From Eledone cirrhosa (taxonomy: Eukaryota), in contig OZ024758.1 in assembly GCA_964016885.1 (NCBI GenBank), positions 16,616,001 through 16,680,000 of the forward strand: a DNA stretch of 64,000 nucleotides, given 5' to 3'. Under the pieces are notes generated by a model. That model was given only the letters and a program-made list of their open reading frames with translations, had not been told where the DNA came from and made no database searches. Below, one piece after another: positions 1 through 14,499 of the stretch. The translations under genes and the position numbers were made by a program. Each line of letters begins with the position of its first letter. Positions within the stretch are counted from its first letter, which is position 1.

Positions 1-1673
<1,673 letters not shown>

Positions 1674-2074
1674 TATGCGCTTACATGCACAGACAAGAAG
1701 CAATTAGAGTGGAAAATAACGTTACTTTTCTTTGGGAATACGCTTTTGGGCATAGACAGTCAACGGATGTGGGTAGCAATCTTTAATGTAATATAGAAAA
1801 CGAATGAATCCTTTCATTCGAAAAGAAATGAGGCATATATATAGACCAGAGTCATATGCTTGTATACAATTCCATCATCCCTTTTTGGTATGTGCTGAGA
1901 TATGAAACAACAACAAGATTTGAAATAAATCAAAGAAACAAGAAAAATGTAGAAACAAAAAGAAAATACCCCCCAAAATACATAAAAATACATAAACAAA
2001 TATTCAACTATCTGATGTGAGCTGATAACCTTGACAAAGCAATTACGAATAGATATTGACTGTCTTGTGTATGT

Positions 2075-2106
<32 letters not shown>

Positions 2107-2215
2107 TATATATATATTATATATATAAATATATATTATATATATAAATATATATTTATATATTACATATATATTATATATATAAATATATATTACATAT
2201 ATATTATATATATAT

Positions 2216-2292
<77 letters not shown>

Positions 2293-2485
2293 ATATATAT
2301 AAATATATATATATATATTATATATATATTATATATATAAATATATATATATATATATTATATATATATTATATATATAAATATATATATATATATTATA
2401 TATATATTATATATATAAATATATATATATATATTATATATATAATATATTTATATATATTTATTATATTTATATATATATATTA

Positions 2486-2649
2486 TACATGGACACACTA
2501 GAAGAGGAAGACCAAGGTTAACATATGTTGATGCCCTAAGGACAGACACTGGTCTGTTGGAGATGCAGGATATGGCAGTGATAATGAGGGACAGAGACCG
2601 CTGGAGAGAACTCGTCCATGGATCTCGGGAATTTTAACCGCCTTAGATA
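2486..2649 (+). mobile_element. RTE LINE 3'-terminal fragment
   Basis: Near-identical to 7713-7875, the 3' end of the RTE copy; flanked by TA-rich DNA. Confidence 0.9.
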
Positions 2650-2815
2650 GATATATATAAATATATATATATATTTATTTATTATATTTATATATATATA
2701 ATATATATATAAATATATATATATATATATTTATTATATTTATATATATATATTATATATATAAATATATATATATATTTATTATATATATATATTTATT
2801 AAAATAACAGATTAA

Positions 2816-2856
2816 AGTTTAAGCTGCTTTCACCCTTAACGGGATCTTCTGAAACT
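2816..2856 (-). ncRNA. Minimal type I hammerhead motif, family A, shortened stem III
   Basis: Minus strand AGTTT CAGAAGA TCCCGTTAAGGGT GAAA GCAGC TT AAACT. Confidence 0.6.
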
Positions 2857-3196
2857 AACAAAGTCAATCTGTAAACGCAGAACTGGATATTTCAAAAAAC
2901 ATAGCAACTGGAGGAAGACAGGAAGACGAAAATTTGGTTCGTGGAAACGTTTGCCAGAGAACGTCTCTATGCACCACCTAAGCGAACATTAGTCTACGAC
3001 CTCTTTTATACCATAAACGTGGTTCTGTCTTTGCGCGTAATTGTTTTTCACCGCTCCTATTAATGACGTAATATTCGTTTTTTTCCCGTTCTTTGCCAGC
3101 GAACGTTTCCACGAACCAAATTTTCGTCTTCCTGTCTTCCTCCAGTTGCGACGTTTTTTGAAATATCCAGTTCTGCATTTACAGATTGACTTCGTT

Positions 3197-3247
3197 AGTT
3201 TCAGAAGATCCCGTTAAGGGTGAAAGCAGCGATTCTTTGCTTAAACT
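3197..3247 (+). ncRNA. Type I hammerhead motif, family A, CAGAAGA core
   Basis: AGTTT CAGAAGA TCCC-GTTAA-GGGT GAAA GCA-gcgattctt-TGC TT AAACT: stem I AGTTT/AAACT, predicted CUU site. Confidence 0.72.
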
Positions 3248-3360
3248 TTAATCTGTTATTTTAATAAATATTTGCTCTACGGTTCTTATATATTTGATAT
3301 ATATTTATCCTTTTCGAGCCCTCTTTGGTTTTTAGTCTTCAAATTTATTATTATTACTAT

Positions 3361-3366
3361 ATTTAT

Positions 3367-3400
<34 letters not shown>

Positions 3401-4464
3401 ATATATATATATATATATTATATACATATTTATATATTATATATATAAATATATATATATATATATTTATTATATTTATATATATATATTATATATATAA
3501 ATATATATATATATAATATATATATATAAATATAATAAATATATATATATATATATTTATATATATAATATATAAATATGTATATAATATATATATATAT
3601 ATATTTATATATAATATATAAATATGTATATAATATATATATATATAAATATATATATAATATACTTCAATCTGGCTAAATTTTTCTTCTGCAATATATA
3701 TACAGATGTGTTGGTATCTGTGTTTCATCACATACATATTAATTCATAAATATATATATATATATTTATTATATATATATATATATTATATATATAAATA
3801 TATATATTTATTATATATATATTTATATATTATATATATAAATATATATATATATATATTTATTATATTTATATATATATATTATATATATAAATATATA
3901 TTTATTATATTTATATATATATATTATATATATAAATATATATATATATATTTATTATATATATATATATATATTATATATATAAATATATATATATATA
4001 TTTATTATATATATATATTATATATATAAATATATATATATTTATTATATTTATATATATATATAAATATATATATATTATATATATAAATATATATATA
4101 TTTATTATATTTATATATATATATTATATATATAAATATATATATATATATATTTAATATATTTATATATATATATTATATATATAAATATATATATATA
4201 TATTTATTATATATATATATATTATATATATAAATATATATATTTATTATATATATATTTATATATTATATATATAAATATATATATATATATTTATTAT
4301 ATTTATATATATATAATATATATATAAATATATATATATATATATTTATTATATATATATATATAATATATATATAAATATATATATATATATTTATTAT
4401 ATATATATATATATTATATATATAAATATATATATATATATATTTATTATATATATATTTACAT

Positions 4465-4495
<31 letters not shown>

Positions 4496-4601
4496 TTATT
4501 ATATATATATATATTTATTATATATATATTTATTATATATATATATTTATTATATATATATATATATATATATATTTATTATATATATATATATATATAT
4601 A
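3361..4601. repeat. Degenerate TA-rich microsatellite
   Basis: Direct reading. Confidence 0.95.
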
Positions 4602-7600
4602 TGGAGCCCTAACAGGTACTACCACCCCGGGCCAGGGCAGACCTGGGAGTCATGACAACTAATGGGTAACTCCACATTCCCCACATCTCCTGAACTCCCG
4701 AACTGGAGCCTTGCCACTGGATGTAGTTTAATGTCATACCCAGGACATTTATGGGTTAAATAACTACCTTATTCGAGTGGCGCCGGTAAGGTATTGTCAG
4801 CCATTGAAAAGAAATATGGAGAGTCGATCTAACAGCACTAGGGTTAGAGCCCCTAATTACACTGTCAAGGAGCAGCCTGGTCGTTATGACTCTGCTGGCT
4901 CAGAGCCACAGAGAGGGCCAGTGGATGATGGATCAGCTGTCTCTGAGACAAATATAAAGAATGCAGTTTTGTCCTGCAGAAGAGCCATCAAAATGGGCAC
5001 TTTGAATGTGAGGACTATTCGAACGTTGGAGAAGAGAGAGGAGTTGGGACATCTGTTCGAGGAGAGTGGTATACAGATACTTGCGATCCAAGAACACAGG
5101 ATTCTACACGATGAGCCCGTGAGGAGTGTGATGATCGGGAGGAAGAGCCAGCTCATCACTACATCGGCAGTGAAGAACACAACAAATGCTGCAGTAGGAG
5201 GAGTGGGTCTTGTGTTCAGTACAAAAACCAATCTGTTAATGAGGGAAATAATGCCTATCTCCCCGCGAGTGTTGAGGGTGACCTTCAATGGAAACCCAAG
5301 ACTGACAGTCATCTCAGCCTATAGTCCAACCGAAGGGGACAGTGATGTGAATGCCTAGGAGTTCCATGAGGAGGTGTGTAGAGCTGTCAACACCACTCAG
5401 GCACACAATATCCTGCTTGTTTTGGGGGACTTCAATGCACATCTGAGTAAGGAGGGCAGTGAAGATCCTTGCTGGTACTTCCATAACAACACCAACCGAA
5501 ATGGAAGACTACTGAGAGACACCCTGCTGGAGGCGAATCTGGGGGAAGATGTGGACCTACATCTCAGATATGCACCTGTCCAAGTCCCAGATTGATTTCA
5601 TTCTGGTGAGGAAAAAGTGGCGGAATAGTGTTGTGAACACGGAACCATACAGCTATTTCAGTACACTGGATAGTGACCACCGGCTTGTTATGAGTGAGGT
5701 CCGCGTGAGCTTAAGAAAGAGCAAGGCTCAGCCCCGGAGAACAATCTATGACTGGGGAGCTTTCAAGGAAGATGATAAGCTACAGGAGAGGTTCACCGTG
5801 GAAGTGAGAAACAGGTTTAGTGCTCTGTGTGGAGAGTCATAGGAGACAGAGATTGGATGGACTGAGGAGAGTGTGACGAGGAGGTACGAGCACTTCACCA
5901 ATGCAGTTGCGAAAGCAAGTGAAACCCTGGTGCCGAGGAAAAAGAACAAAGGGAAGCACGTCAGCTCTGCAAACCCAAAAGTGTGTGCAGCCAGAGAACA
6001 CCTGAAAGCTGCCAGGGACCAATTCTATACTGATCCTACGGAGGAGAGGATGGAGACTGTGAAGGTGATGAGGGAAGAGCTCTGTACCGCTTACACTGAG
6101 GTAAGAGAGGAGGCATTGATAGAGAAGATCAGAAGTGTGGAGAGAGCAGTTGACAGATCTGGATGTAAGGAGAGCTGGATGATCATCAACGAGATCACAG
6201 GGAGGAAGAAAAGGTGTTCGAGTCAGATCCAGGGAACGGGGCCCGAGGATAGGAAGAGGAAATGGCTAGACCATTTTAGGACCCTACTAGGAGAGCCACC
6301 CTCCACAGCCCAGAGCACTGGAGAGATCAGGCGGCTGTTTGAGGAACTGGATGTTGAGACAGAGCCCTTCACCAGAGAGGAGCTTCAGAGAGCCAAGAAG
6401 AAGATCAAGGAGGGCAAGGCTCATGGAGAAGATGGAGTGGCATCAGAGGTGATGAAGAGGTGTGATTTTGACGATATCATCCTGGGGTTCTGTAACGGGG
6501 CACTGGAGAAAGGAGTTGCCCCGAATCAGTGGAGGATCAGTAACATCGTCCCAGTGCCAAAGAAGGGAGATCTCTCTAACACCAACAACTACCGGGGGAT
6601 CTCACTGACGTCACTTGTGGCAAAGACCCTCAACAGGATGATTCTTAACAGGATCCAGCCTGAGATGGAGAAGAAGCTCAGGGACAACCAGAACGGCTTC
6701 AGAGAGGGTAGATCAACCACCAGTCACATCCTAATGCTGAGGAGGATATTAGAGGGATCTAGAGCAAAGTGCCTTCCTGCGGTCATGGTTTTCATTGACT
6801 TTAGGAAGGCCTTTGATTCTGTGGACCGTTACTGCCTGATGAAGATCTTACAGGCTTATGGAATCCCCAAGAGGATAGTGGACCTGATATCACTGCTCTA
6901 CACCAACACCCAAGTCATTACACCTGATGGGATGACAGAGTTCTTTGAGATACTGGCTGGAGTGCTCCAGGGAGATACATTGGCTCCCTACCTTTTTATC
7001 ATCGTAGTGGACTATTGTATGCGCCTTGCACTGGAGAAACACCAGGACTCTGGCTTTACTGTAGCACCGGCTCAGAGCAGGAGAGTTGGGGCGAAAAAGG
7101 TATCGGATGCTGAATTTGCCGACGACATAGTTTTGGTGTCAAATACAGTGAAGGAGGCAGAGGATTTGATGCGGGAGGTTGAGACTGTGTCGATGAGTGT
7201 GGGGCTGAGAATGAATGAGACTAAAACAAAATATCTGGTAGAGAATGTTGAGAAGCCAGAGGGGATCACTAATGTAGGCGGGAAGCCGCTGGAATTGGTT
7301 GAGGACTTCCTGTATTTGGGAGCAAAGATTGGGAATACGGAAGATGATGTGGTTGAGAGGAGGAGCAAGGCCTGGGAAGCGTGTCACAGCTTGAGATCGG
7401 TGTGGAAGTCGGACCTTCGTAGAGACCTGAAAATCCGCCTCTTCATTGCTGTAGTGGAGTCTGTGCTGCTGTATGGGTCTGAGACTTGGACACTGACCAA
7501 GAGACTCACTCAGATGGTGGATGGGTGCTACACGAGAATGCTGAGGATGGCTCTGAACATTAATCAGGATACACTGAGGATGAAAAACTCAGAGCTGTAT

Positions 7601-7875
7601 GGGAGCATCCCAAAAGTCAGCTGAAAAGTGACACAGAGGAGACTGAGGTTGGCTGGACATGCTCACCGACATCCAGAGTTGACATTGCACTCAGTGCTCC
7701 TTTGGGAGCCCCTACATGGACACACTAGAAGAGGAAGACCAAGGTTAACATATGTTGATGCCCTAAGGACAGACACTGGTCTGTTGGAGATGCAGGATAT
7801 GGCAGCGATAATGAGGGACAGAGACCGCTGGAGAGAACTCGTCGATGGATCTCGGGAATTTTACCCGCCTTAGAT
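4602..7875 (+). mobile_element. Full-length RTE-clade LINE, inactivated
   Basis: 5' UTR, APE endonuclease (MGTLNVRT, LAIQEHR, LGDFNA, SDH) and RT (NYRGISL, DFRKAFDS, GVLQGDTLAP, FADD); C-terminal RLRLAGH..RGRPR; flanked by (TA)n. Confidence 0.93.
4816..7873 (+). pseudogene. Disrupted RTE APE-RT ORF
   Basis: Stops at 5356-5358, 5840-5842 and 7622-7624, plus a frameshift/deletion near 5540; ORF pieces join into one APE-RT polyprotein. Confidence 0.9.
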
Positions 7876-7996
7876 ATATATATATATTTATTATATATAT
7901 ATATATTTATTATATATTTATATTTATTATATATATATATATATATATTTATTATATATATATTTATATTTATTATATATATATGTATATATTTAA

Positions 7997-8090
7997 GGAG
8001 ACGCAGGACATGGCAGCGATAATGAGGGACAGAGACCGCTGCAGAGAACTCGTCCATGGATCTCGGGAATTTTACCCGCCCTAGAAGAGA
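7997..8090 (+). mobile_element. Second short copy of the RTE 3' end
   Basis: Matches ~7786-7873 and ends TAGAAGAG. Confidence 0.88.
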
Positions 8091-8220
8091 ATATATATAT
8101 TTATTATAATAAATATATATATATATTTATTATATATATATATTTGTAAATTTATTATATATATATATTTATAATATATATATATTTATTATATATATAT
8201 ATATTATATATATATATATA

Positions 8221-8404
8221 TAGTAATAATAATAAATTTTAAGAGGGCTCGATAAGGAAAAAACAAAGTATCGTCTTCCTGTTTTCCTTCGGTTGTAACG
8301 TTTTTCGAAATATTTACTTCTGCGTTCACAGATTGATTTTTTTTAGTTTCAGAAGATCCCGTTAAGTGTGAAAGCAGCGATTCTTTGCTTAAATTTTAAT
8401 GTTA

Positions 8405-8410
<6 letters not shown>
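8221..8410. mobile_element. Penelope-like family A remnant with HHR at 8345-8395 (+)
   Basis: Homologous to 3124-3265; AGTTT CAGAAGA TCCCGTTAAGTGT GAAA GCA..TGC TT AAATT; inverted tail piece at 8221-8260. Confidence 0.72.
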
Positions 8411-8436
<26 letters not shown>

Positions 8437-8889
8437 CGCACACACACACATGTGTGTGTATGTGTGTCTGTGTATGGTACAGACTTCAAAATGTCGGTTA
8501 TGACCCAGTGAGCCGGAAGAAGCTATCTCATGCGGCATCCTCTCTAAAACTTCGAAGTCACTGCCACCTTTTACTTTTCTCTCTCTGTCTTTCTGACAAT
8601 CTCTCTCTCTCTCTCTCTCTGCCAGTCTCTGTCTGCGTCTGCCAGACTCCCCCTCTCTCTCTCACTGTGTCTCTGTCTGCCAGTTTCTCTCTCTCTCTGC
8701 CAGTCTCTCTCCCTCTCCCTATATAAATATATATCTGTGTGTCTGTGCATATGTGTTTCTAGTAGTGGAGGTGTGGGGTGAGGGTGTGGGTCCGAGAGTG
8801 ATAGACAGAGAAAATGAAAGAGAAATGTTAGAGAGAGAGAGAGGTTTAATTGATTTAGTGATGGAGATTCTGGTACACCGAAACATAGA

Positions 8890-8894
8890 AATCC

Positions 8895-8928
<34 letters not shown>

Positions 8929-9770
8929 CTGTGTGTGTTCCTACGTCTGTGAATATGTGTCTGTAGGTTTGTGTTTGTGTGTTTGTGTGTTTGTGTGTTT
9001 GTGTGTTTGTGTGTTTGTGTGTTTGTGGGTTTGTGTGTTTGTGGGTCTGTGTGTTTGTGGGTCTGTGTGTTTGTGGGTCTGTGTGTTTGTGGGTCTGTGT
9101 GTTTGTGGGTCTGTGTGTTTGTGTGTTTGTGTGTTTGTGTGTTTGTGGCTATGTGTGTTTGTGAGAGTTTGTTAAATGCGTGTGTGTATGTGTGTGTGTG
9201 TTTGTGTGAATACGTGTGTCTGTATGCGTGTTTGTGTCTGTGTACGTGTGACTGTGTGCGTATGTTGGAGGTACGTGTGATTGCGTGTTTGTGTGTGCGT
9301 GTATTAAGTGTGAATGCGTGTATGTATGTAGGTTGTATGAATGTGCCTATATGTGTGTGTGTGTGTTTTTGTATGTATGTCTGTCTGTCTGTCTGTACGT
9401 GTGAGTGTGTGCGTCTGTTTGCTTGTTTGTGTGTCGGTATGTGTTTGTGTGTTCATGTGTGTTAAATGTGTGTGTGCGTGCGTATATGGGTTTGTATGAA
9501 TGTATGTGTGTGTATGTATGTACGTGAATACGTGTATTTGCGTGTCTGAGTGAGTCTGACTGTTTGCCTGTTTGTGTGTATGTGTGTTCATGAATGTGTG
9601 TGTTTGCAAGTGTGTGTGTTTGTGTGTCTGTGCAAGTTTGTGGTGTGTATTTGTGTGTGTTTGTAACTATGTTTGTATGTATGTATTAGCGTATTTGTAA
9701 TTATGTGCTTGTGTGTTTATATTAGTGTATGTATTTACGTGTTTGTGTATTTATATTAGAGTATGTTTAT
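8890..9770. repeat. (TG)n / TGTGTGTT-type degenerate microsatellite
   Basis: Direct reading. Confidence 0.95.
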
Positions 9771-10074
9771 AAACCTATGGCTTTGTTATATTGCTGGAAA
9801 TGGGTGTACCCACATATTAGGAATGCTTCGCTACGCTAGAATGCAAACAAGAGCACGATGTTTGCCTCAGTTGAATTGCTGGGATATTTCAGAATATGGC
9901 TAACCAGAACTAATTAGCTACGAAGTCAGGTCTTCTTTCTTAATTTTGTTTCATTTTTACACATGACTTCATCGAATATTTCGAACAGCAAATGTCAATC
10001 ATAAATATTACAAGTGACAGTTTAGATAGAAGAACCTCTCTATCAATTCCCAACAGTGGCAGCCGACATATGTT

Positions 10075-10119
10075 TTATATATATATATTCTTATAGATAT
10101 ATAAGTGTGTGTGTATGTG

Positions 10120-10169
<50 letters not shown>

Positions 10170-10386
10170 TCTTATAGACATATAAGTGTGTGTGTATGTG
10201 TGTATATATATATATATATATAAATATATATATATATTCTTATAGACATATAAGTGTGTGTGTATGTGTGTATATATATATATATATATAAATATATATA
10301 TATATTCTTATAGGCATATAAGTGTGTGTGTATGTATATATATATATATATATATATATTCTTATAGACATATAAGTGTGTGTGTA

Positions 10387-10426
<40 letters not shown>

Positions 10427-10516
10427 GTCTATCTATATACATATGTCTATCTATATACATATATAAGTGTATATATATATACATATATAAGTGGGTATAT
10501 ATATATACATATATAA

Positions 10517-10565
<49 letters not shown>

Positions 10566-10568
10566 TAA

Positions 10569-10609
<41 letters not shown>

Positions 10610-10787
10610 TATACATATATACACTTATATATGCATATTATATATATATATATAAACAAATATATATAGTATATATAAATATATATGTATATTATATATA
10701 TATATATAAACATATATGCGTGTGTGTGCGTGAGAGAGAGGGGGAGTTTTTGAGCGAATGTGTGTGTATGTAAACATATATCATTAC

Positions 10788-10834
<47 letters not shown>

Positions 10835-10845
10835 AACACACACAC
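10075..10845. repeat. Compound minisatellite (TTCTTATAGACATATAAGTGTG + TA tract) and microsatellites
   Basis: About 5 copies of the core separated by (TA)n. Confidence 0.85.
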
Positions 10846-11094
10846 TGTTTGGAGTCATTCATATAGCTGATTAAACATTATTTAGTGCGTTACTTAAACT
10901 TTTTAGGATGCTTGGCTGGCACGGTTTGCTAACGTAGAGTCAATGTAACTAATAAACCGTTGAGGTGGACGAAAGAGGAGAGAAGAAAGATAGAAGGATG
11001 AACACATTTGATGGTAGTTGTAGTGGTGGTGGTGGCGGTGATGTTGTTAGTGGTGGTAGTGGGGGGGGGGGGGGGGGGTATAAATATATATATA

Positions 11095-11126
11095 TTGGCA
11101 TTGTTAATGGTGGTGTTGGTGGTGCT

Positions 11127-11165
<39 letters not shown>

Positions 11166-11196
11166 TGGCATTGTTAATGGTGGTGTTGGTGGTGCT

Positions 11197-11233
<37 letters not shown>

Positions 11234-11264
11234 TGGCATTGTTAATGGTGGTGTTGGTGGTGCT

Positions 11265-11313
<49 letters not shown>

Positions 11314-11348
11314 GTATGTTGGCATTGTTAATGGTGGTGTTGGTGGTG
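11095..11348. repeat. Tandem unit TTGGCATTGTTAATGGTGGTGTTGGTGGTGCTGG + (TA)n, about 4 copies
   Basis: Direct reading. Confidence 0.88.
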
Positions 11349-11473
11349 ATGTAAGGGGTAATGGAGGTGATAATTATGGTTGAGACGACAATGATTATTA
11401 TATTTAACTATATTGAAGTGTATTGTACTTATCTAGACGATGGAATATAATCGATGAAATATGTCGTATTAAA

Positions 11474-11812
11474 TGGTAAAGACCCCTTTTGGCCATGAAT
11501 GACCATAGGATTTTCCTAGATTCACATAGAAAGTTACCCTAAAGTCCGGACAAGGTTGTTTGTGGAAGACCAGCAGTCACCCATGAATACCAGTCTCCTT
11601 TCTCTATGCCACTCATGATGTATAAGTGAATGAAAGGCAATGGCCGATGCAGCTTGACACTAGTGACGTCGCAACATATTTCTACAGCTGAGTAAACTGG
11701 AGAAACTTGAAATAAAGTGTCTTGCTCAAGGACACAACGCACCACCCGGTCCGAGAATCGAACTAACAACCTCCTGACTGCAAGCCCAATGCTCTAACCA
11801 CTAAGCCATGTG
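11474..11812 (-). mobile_element. tRNA-derived SINE, second family
   Basis: Minus-strand head TGGCTTAGTGG (A box) and GTTCGATTC (B box), body GTGTCCTTGAGCAAGACACTTTATTTCA. Confidence 0.8.
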
Positions 11813-13591
11813 TCATATTATATTAATGTTGTTTAACCCACTAACAAGAGAGCCTAATCGTTACAACCTACTTTGCTAGTTTGCTAGAAATATTAGACAA
11901 ATGCTCCTCAAATTACAATGAAAGGACCCTTTCTATAATTTAGTTCTACACACCCATAAAGGAAAAATAATCTTAGCCGGGATATCTTTCAAACGTAGGT
12001 CTCTCTTCTATCAGGGTTGACATACAGTTAATGACATGGGAAAAATTTATAACAATTACTGTTATTTAATGTTTAGAACTAACACAATTTACTATTAGGG
12101 CCGGAGTTATCGGTGTCGGGGGAAGCGAATGTCCTGGGTATTCTTTGTCAAACAGACCCTCTTCTAAAAACATCCCTGTCCCCCAAACCTAAACTACCCG
12201 GCCCCGATGGTCTAAATATGACCTTGATTTCAGGATTATGCATCTGACCAAGCAATTTCAAATAAGATTCAAAACCAAAACTCGTACTGAGAAAGAAAAA
12301 ATGTTAGCTTAATTCAAGTTATTTTATGAACTGGGAGTTTCAAGCAAAGCTGTTGTAATGAGAATGTATACTGATGAGACTATCTTAGACTTTTAAATCA
12401 ATGTGTCTCACACTATTCTTTCTGTTCATTAACATAATATCATTCGCGTCAGGCGTCTTCAACCTGCAAATCATGTCATAAGAGGCAACAAACCTGCTAT
12501 AACAGTTTTACTATGGGAGCTCAGTAATGTGAAGCACAAATTTGGAAAACCACTTAATACGTTAAAGAGAGTCATTGAGGAAGATACAGTACTATCCAGT
12601 AACGAACTGAGTCAGTAATTGTGAGATGGAAAGGTTTTATAATGTTACCACAAAGAAGTGGATGAACTTAGAAGTAGTAGTGTTACTAACAATACCCTCT
12701 CCTTTGATTCATCGAAGGAGCTACCATGTAGTCATACGACCTGCTAGACATAAAACCCAAGTGTTCTCAACCAACATCCTATCCTTTAAAAAGGAGAACG
12801 ACATTCAATTGGACGCTGTAGTCCATAACTGTCCTAAAACACGTGGTGAATATAGCTGAAACGTCTTTGATCATGGGTTTTCTCAATCTGAGCTGACGAG
12901 TTGAGTTTAAATATTAACACAAGCTTACTTATTTACTCTTACCCTACTGATGATATCACCTTTAATCTTTCTTAATATTTTTGATCTGTACGCAACATTG
13001 AGAGTAGAATCATTGCATGTCGTTTCGTGCGCGTGTCTACGATTTGCTGATCTGTAGAAAGACAGGTGCGCTGTTGGGAGGACCTATATTCGAAACACCT
13101 TTACACGAATTGTTCGATTTTAACCGAACATCTCAGTTAACCTTACGGGATATTGTATTGATTTTTAACATTTACATATCACAAATACTATGATTTTACA
13201 ACAGAAAGACACGTTGAATTCAATCAAACAGCGTGAATCGATATTAGAAAAAGAAAAGGAAAAAAGGCAAAGAACCAAACACGCCTTAAACTGAAGTGAG
13301 AAGATATAAAGACAAAATTAAATGCTAGGGAGAATTTGGTTTAAAGCTCAACAATTTCTGACACTCTACCGCCTCTGAAACACCGACGTCGATGTTCACA
13401 TTTCATCTCTCAGAGGTCAATAAAATAATTAACAATCATCAAAATAATTACCGCAATCAATTCCATCGTCTACCACACATCAACAAACGTCATGACCTTG
13501 TCAATATCGTCTATTGATAGGATCGATTCCATCGACTAAGCCTTGCTATAAAATTCTGCAGCTTCAAACTAATTTCATATATCATTATATA

Positions 13592-14170
13592 TTGATTGGC
13601 AGTATCGGTAGAGGGTCGGACGCCATGCTTTCCAGCATAGTTACGTCCCTTTACGGTCTGAGTTCAAATCCCGCCGAGGTTGACTTTGCCTTTCATCCTT
13701 ACGGGGTCGATAAAATAAAGTACCAGTAATGCACTGGGTAATTGCTGGCCTTGTGCCTAAAGTAGAAACAATTATATATTGATTGGCAGTATCGGTAGAG
13801 AGACGGACGCCATGCTTTGCATCATAGAGTTACGACCCTTTATGATCTGAGTTCAAATCCCGCCGAGGTTAACTTTGCCTTTCATCATTACGGGGTCGAT
13901 AACATAAAGTACTAGTCACGCACTGGGGTCGATTTAATCGACTTTCCCCACCCTCCAAATTTGCTGGCCTTGTGCTTATATAAGAAACCATTGGCAGTAT
14001 CAGTAGAAGGTCGGAGGCCATGCTTTCCAGCATAGTTACGTCCCTTTACAATCTGAGTTCAAATCCCGCCGAGGTTGACTTTGCCTTTCATGCTTACGGG
14101 GTCGATAAAATAAAGTACCAGTAATGCACTGGGTAATTGCTGGCCTTGTGCCTAAAGTAGAAACAATTAT
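13592..14170 (+). mobile_element. Three tandem copies of the major tRNA-derived SINE
   Basis: TGGCAGTATCGG (A-like), GAGTTCAAATCC (B box), TTTGCCTTTCATCCTTACGGGGTCGATAAAATAAAGTACCAGT body, TAGAAACAATTA tail. Confidence 0.9.
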
Positions 14171-14499
14171 TGATTTCTGATATAGGCCTAGAGCCTTAAG
14201 TTTTATATTGACACTAGTATATGACTGGGACATATGATATTGACCTAGGAAGAATGAAAGTTGAAATCGTGTTGTTTGCTTTGTTATTTCTCACTGGTTA
14301 TTTCTCAATGGTTTCATGACTTCTAATGGAGTTGTATGCATGTCGTATAGATACAGAACAGTAAACTAGTGAACTATATACTACACTGCGATACCAACTT
14401 ATAGCTGGGTGGAGTGTTGACAGTTGTCATGGACTAATGTAGTTATTTATTGGCTGGTTGGGCGGTTCATACTTCTGAAGAACAGATGCAACAAATAGC

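Larger units (their letters stand above)
2793..3360. mobile_element. Penelope-like pLTR remnant, family A, head-to-head inverted arms
   Basis: Arms ~2793-2962 and ~3087-3270 are reverse complements and each carries an HHR motif; extra 3' tail to 3360; TA flanks. Confidence 0.75.

Noticed and set aside
12370-12960. Isolated CTGATGA heptamers (12371, 12947; also 39793)
   Set aside because: No accompanying stems or GAAA in register; expected by chance
13592-13773. tRNA genes
   Set aside because: A/B boxes belong to SINE heads; no cloverleaf or terminator
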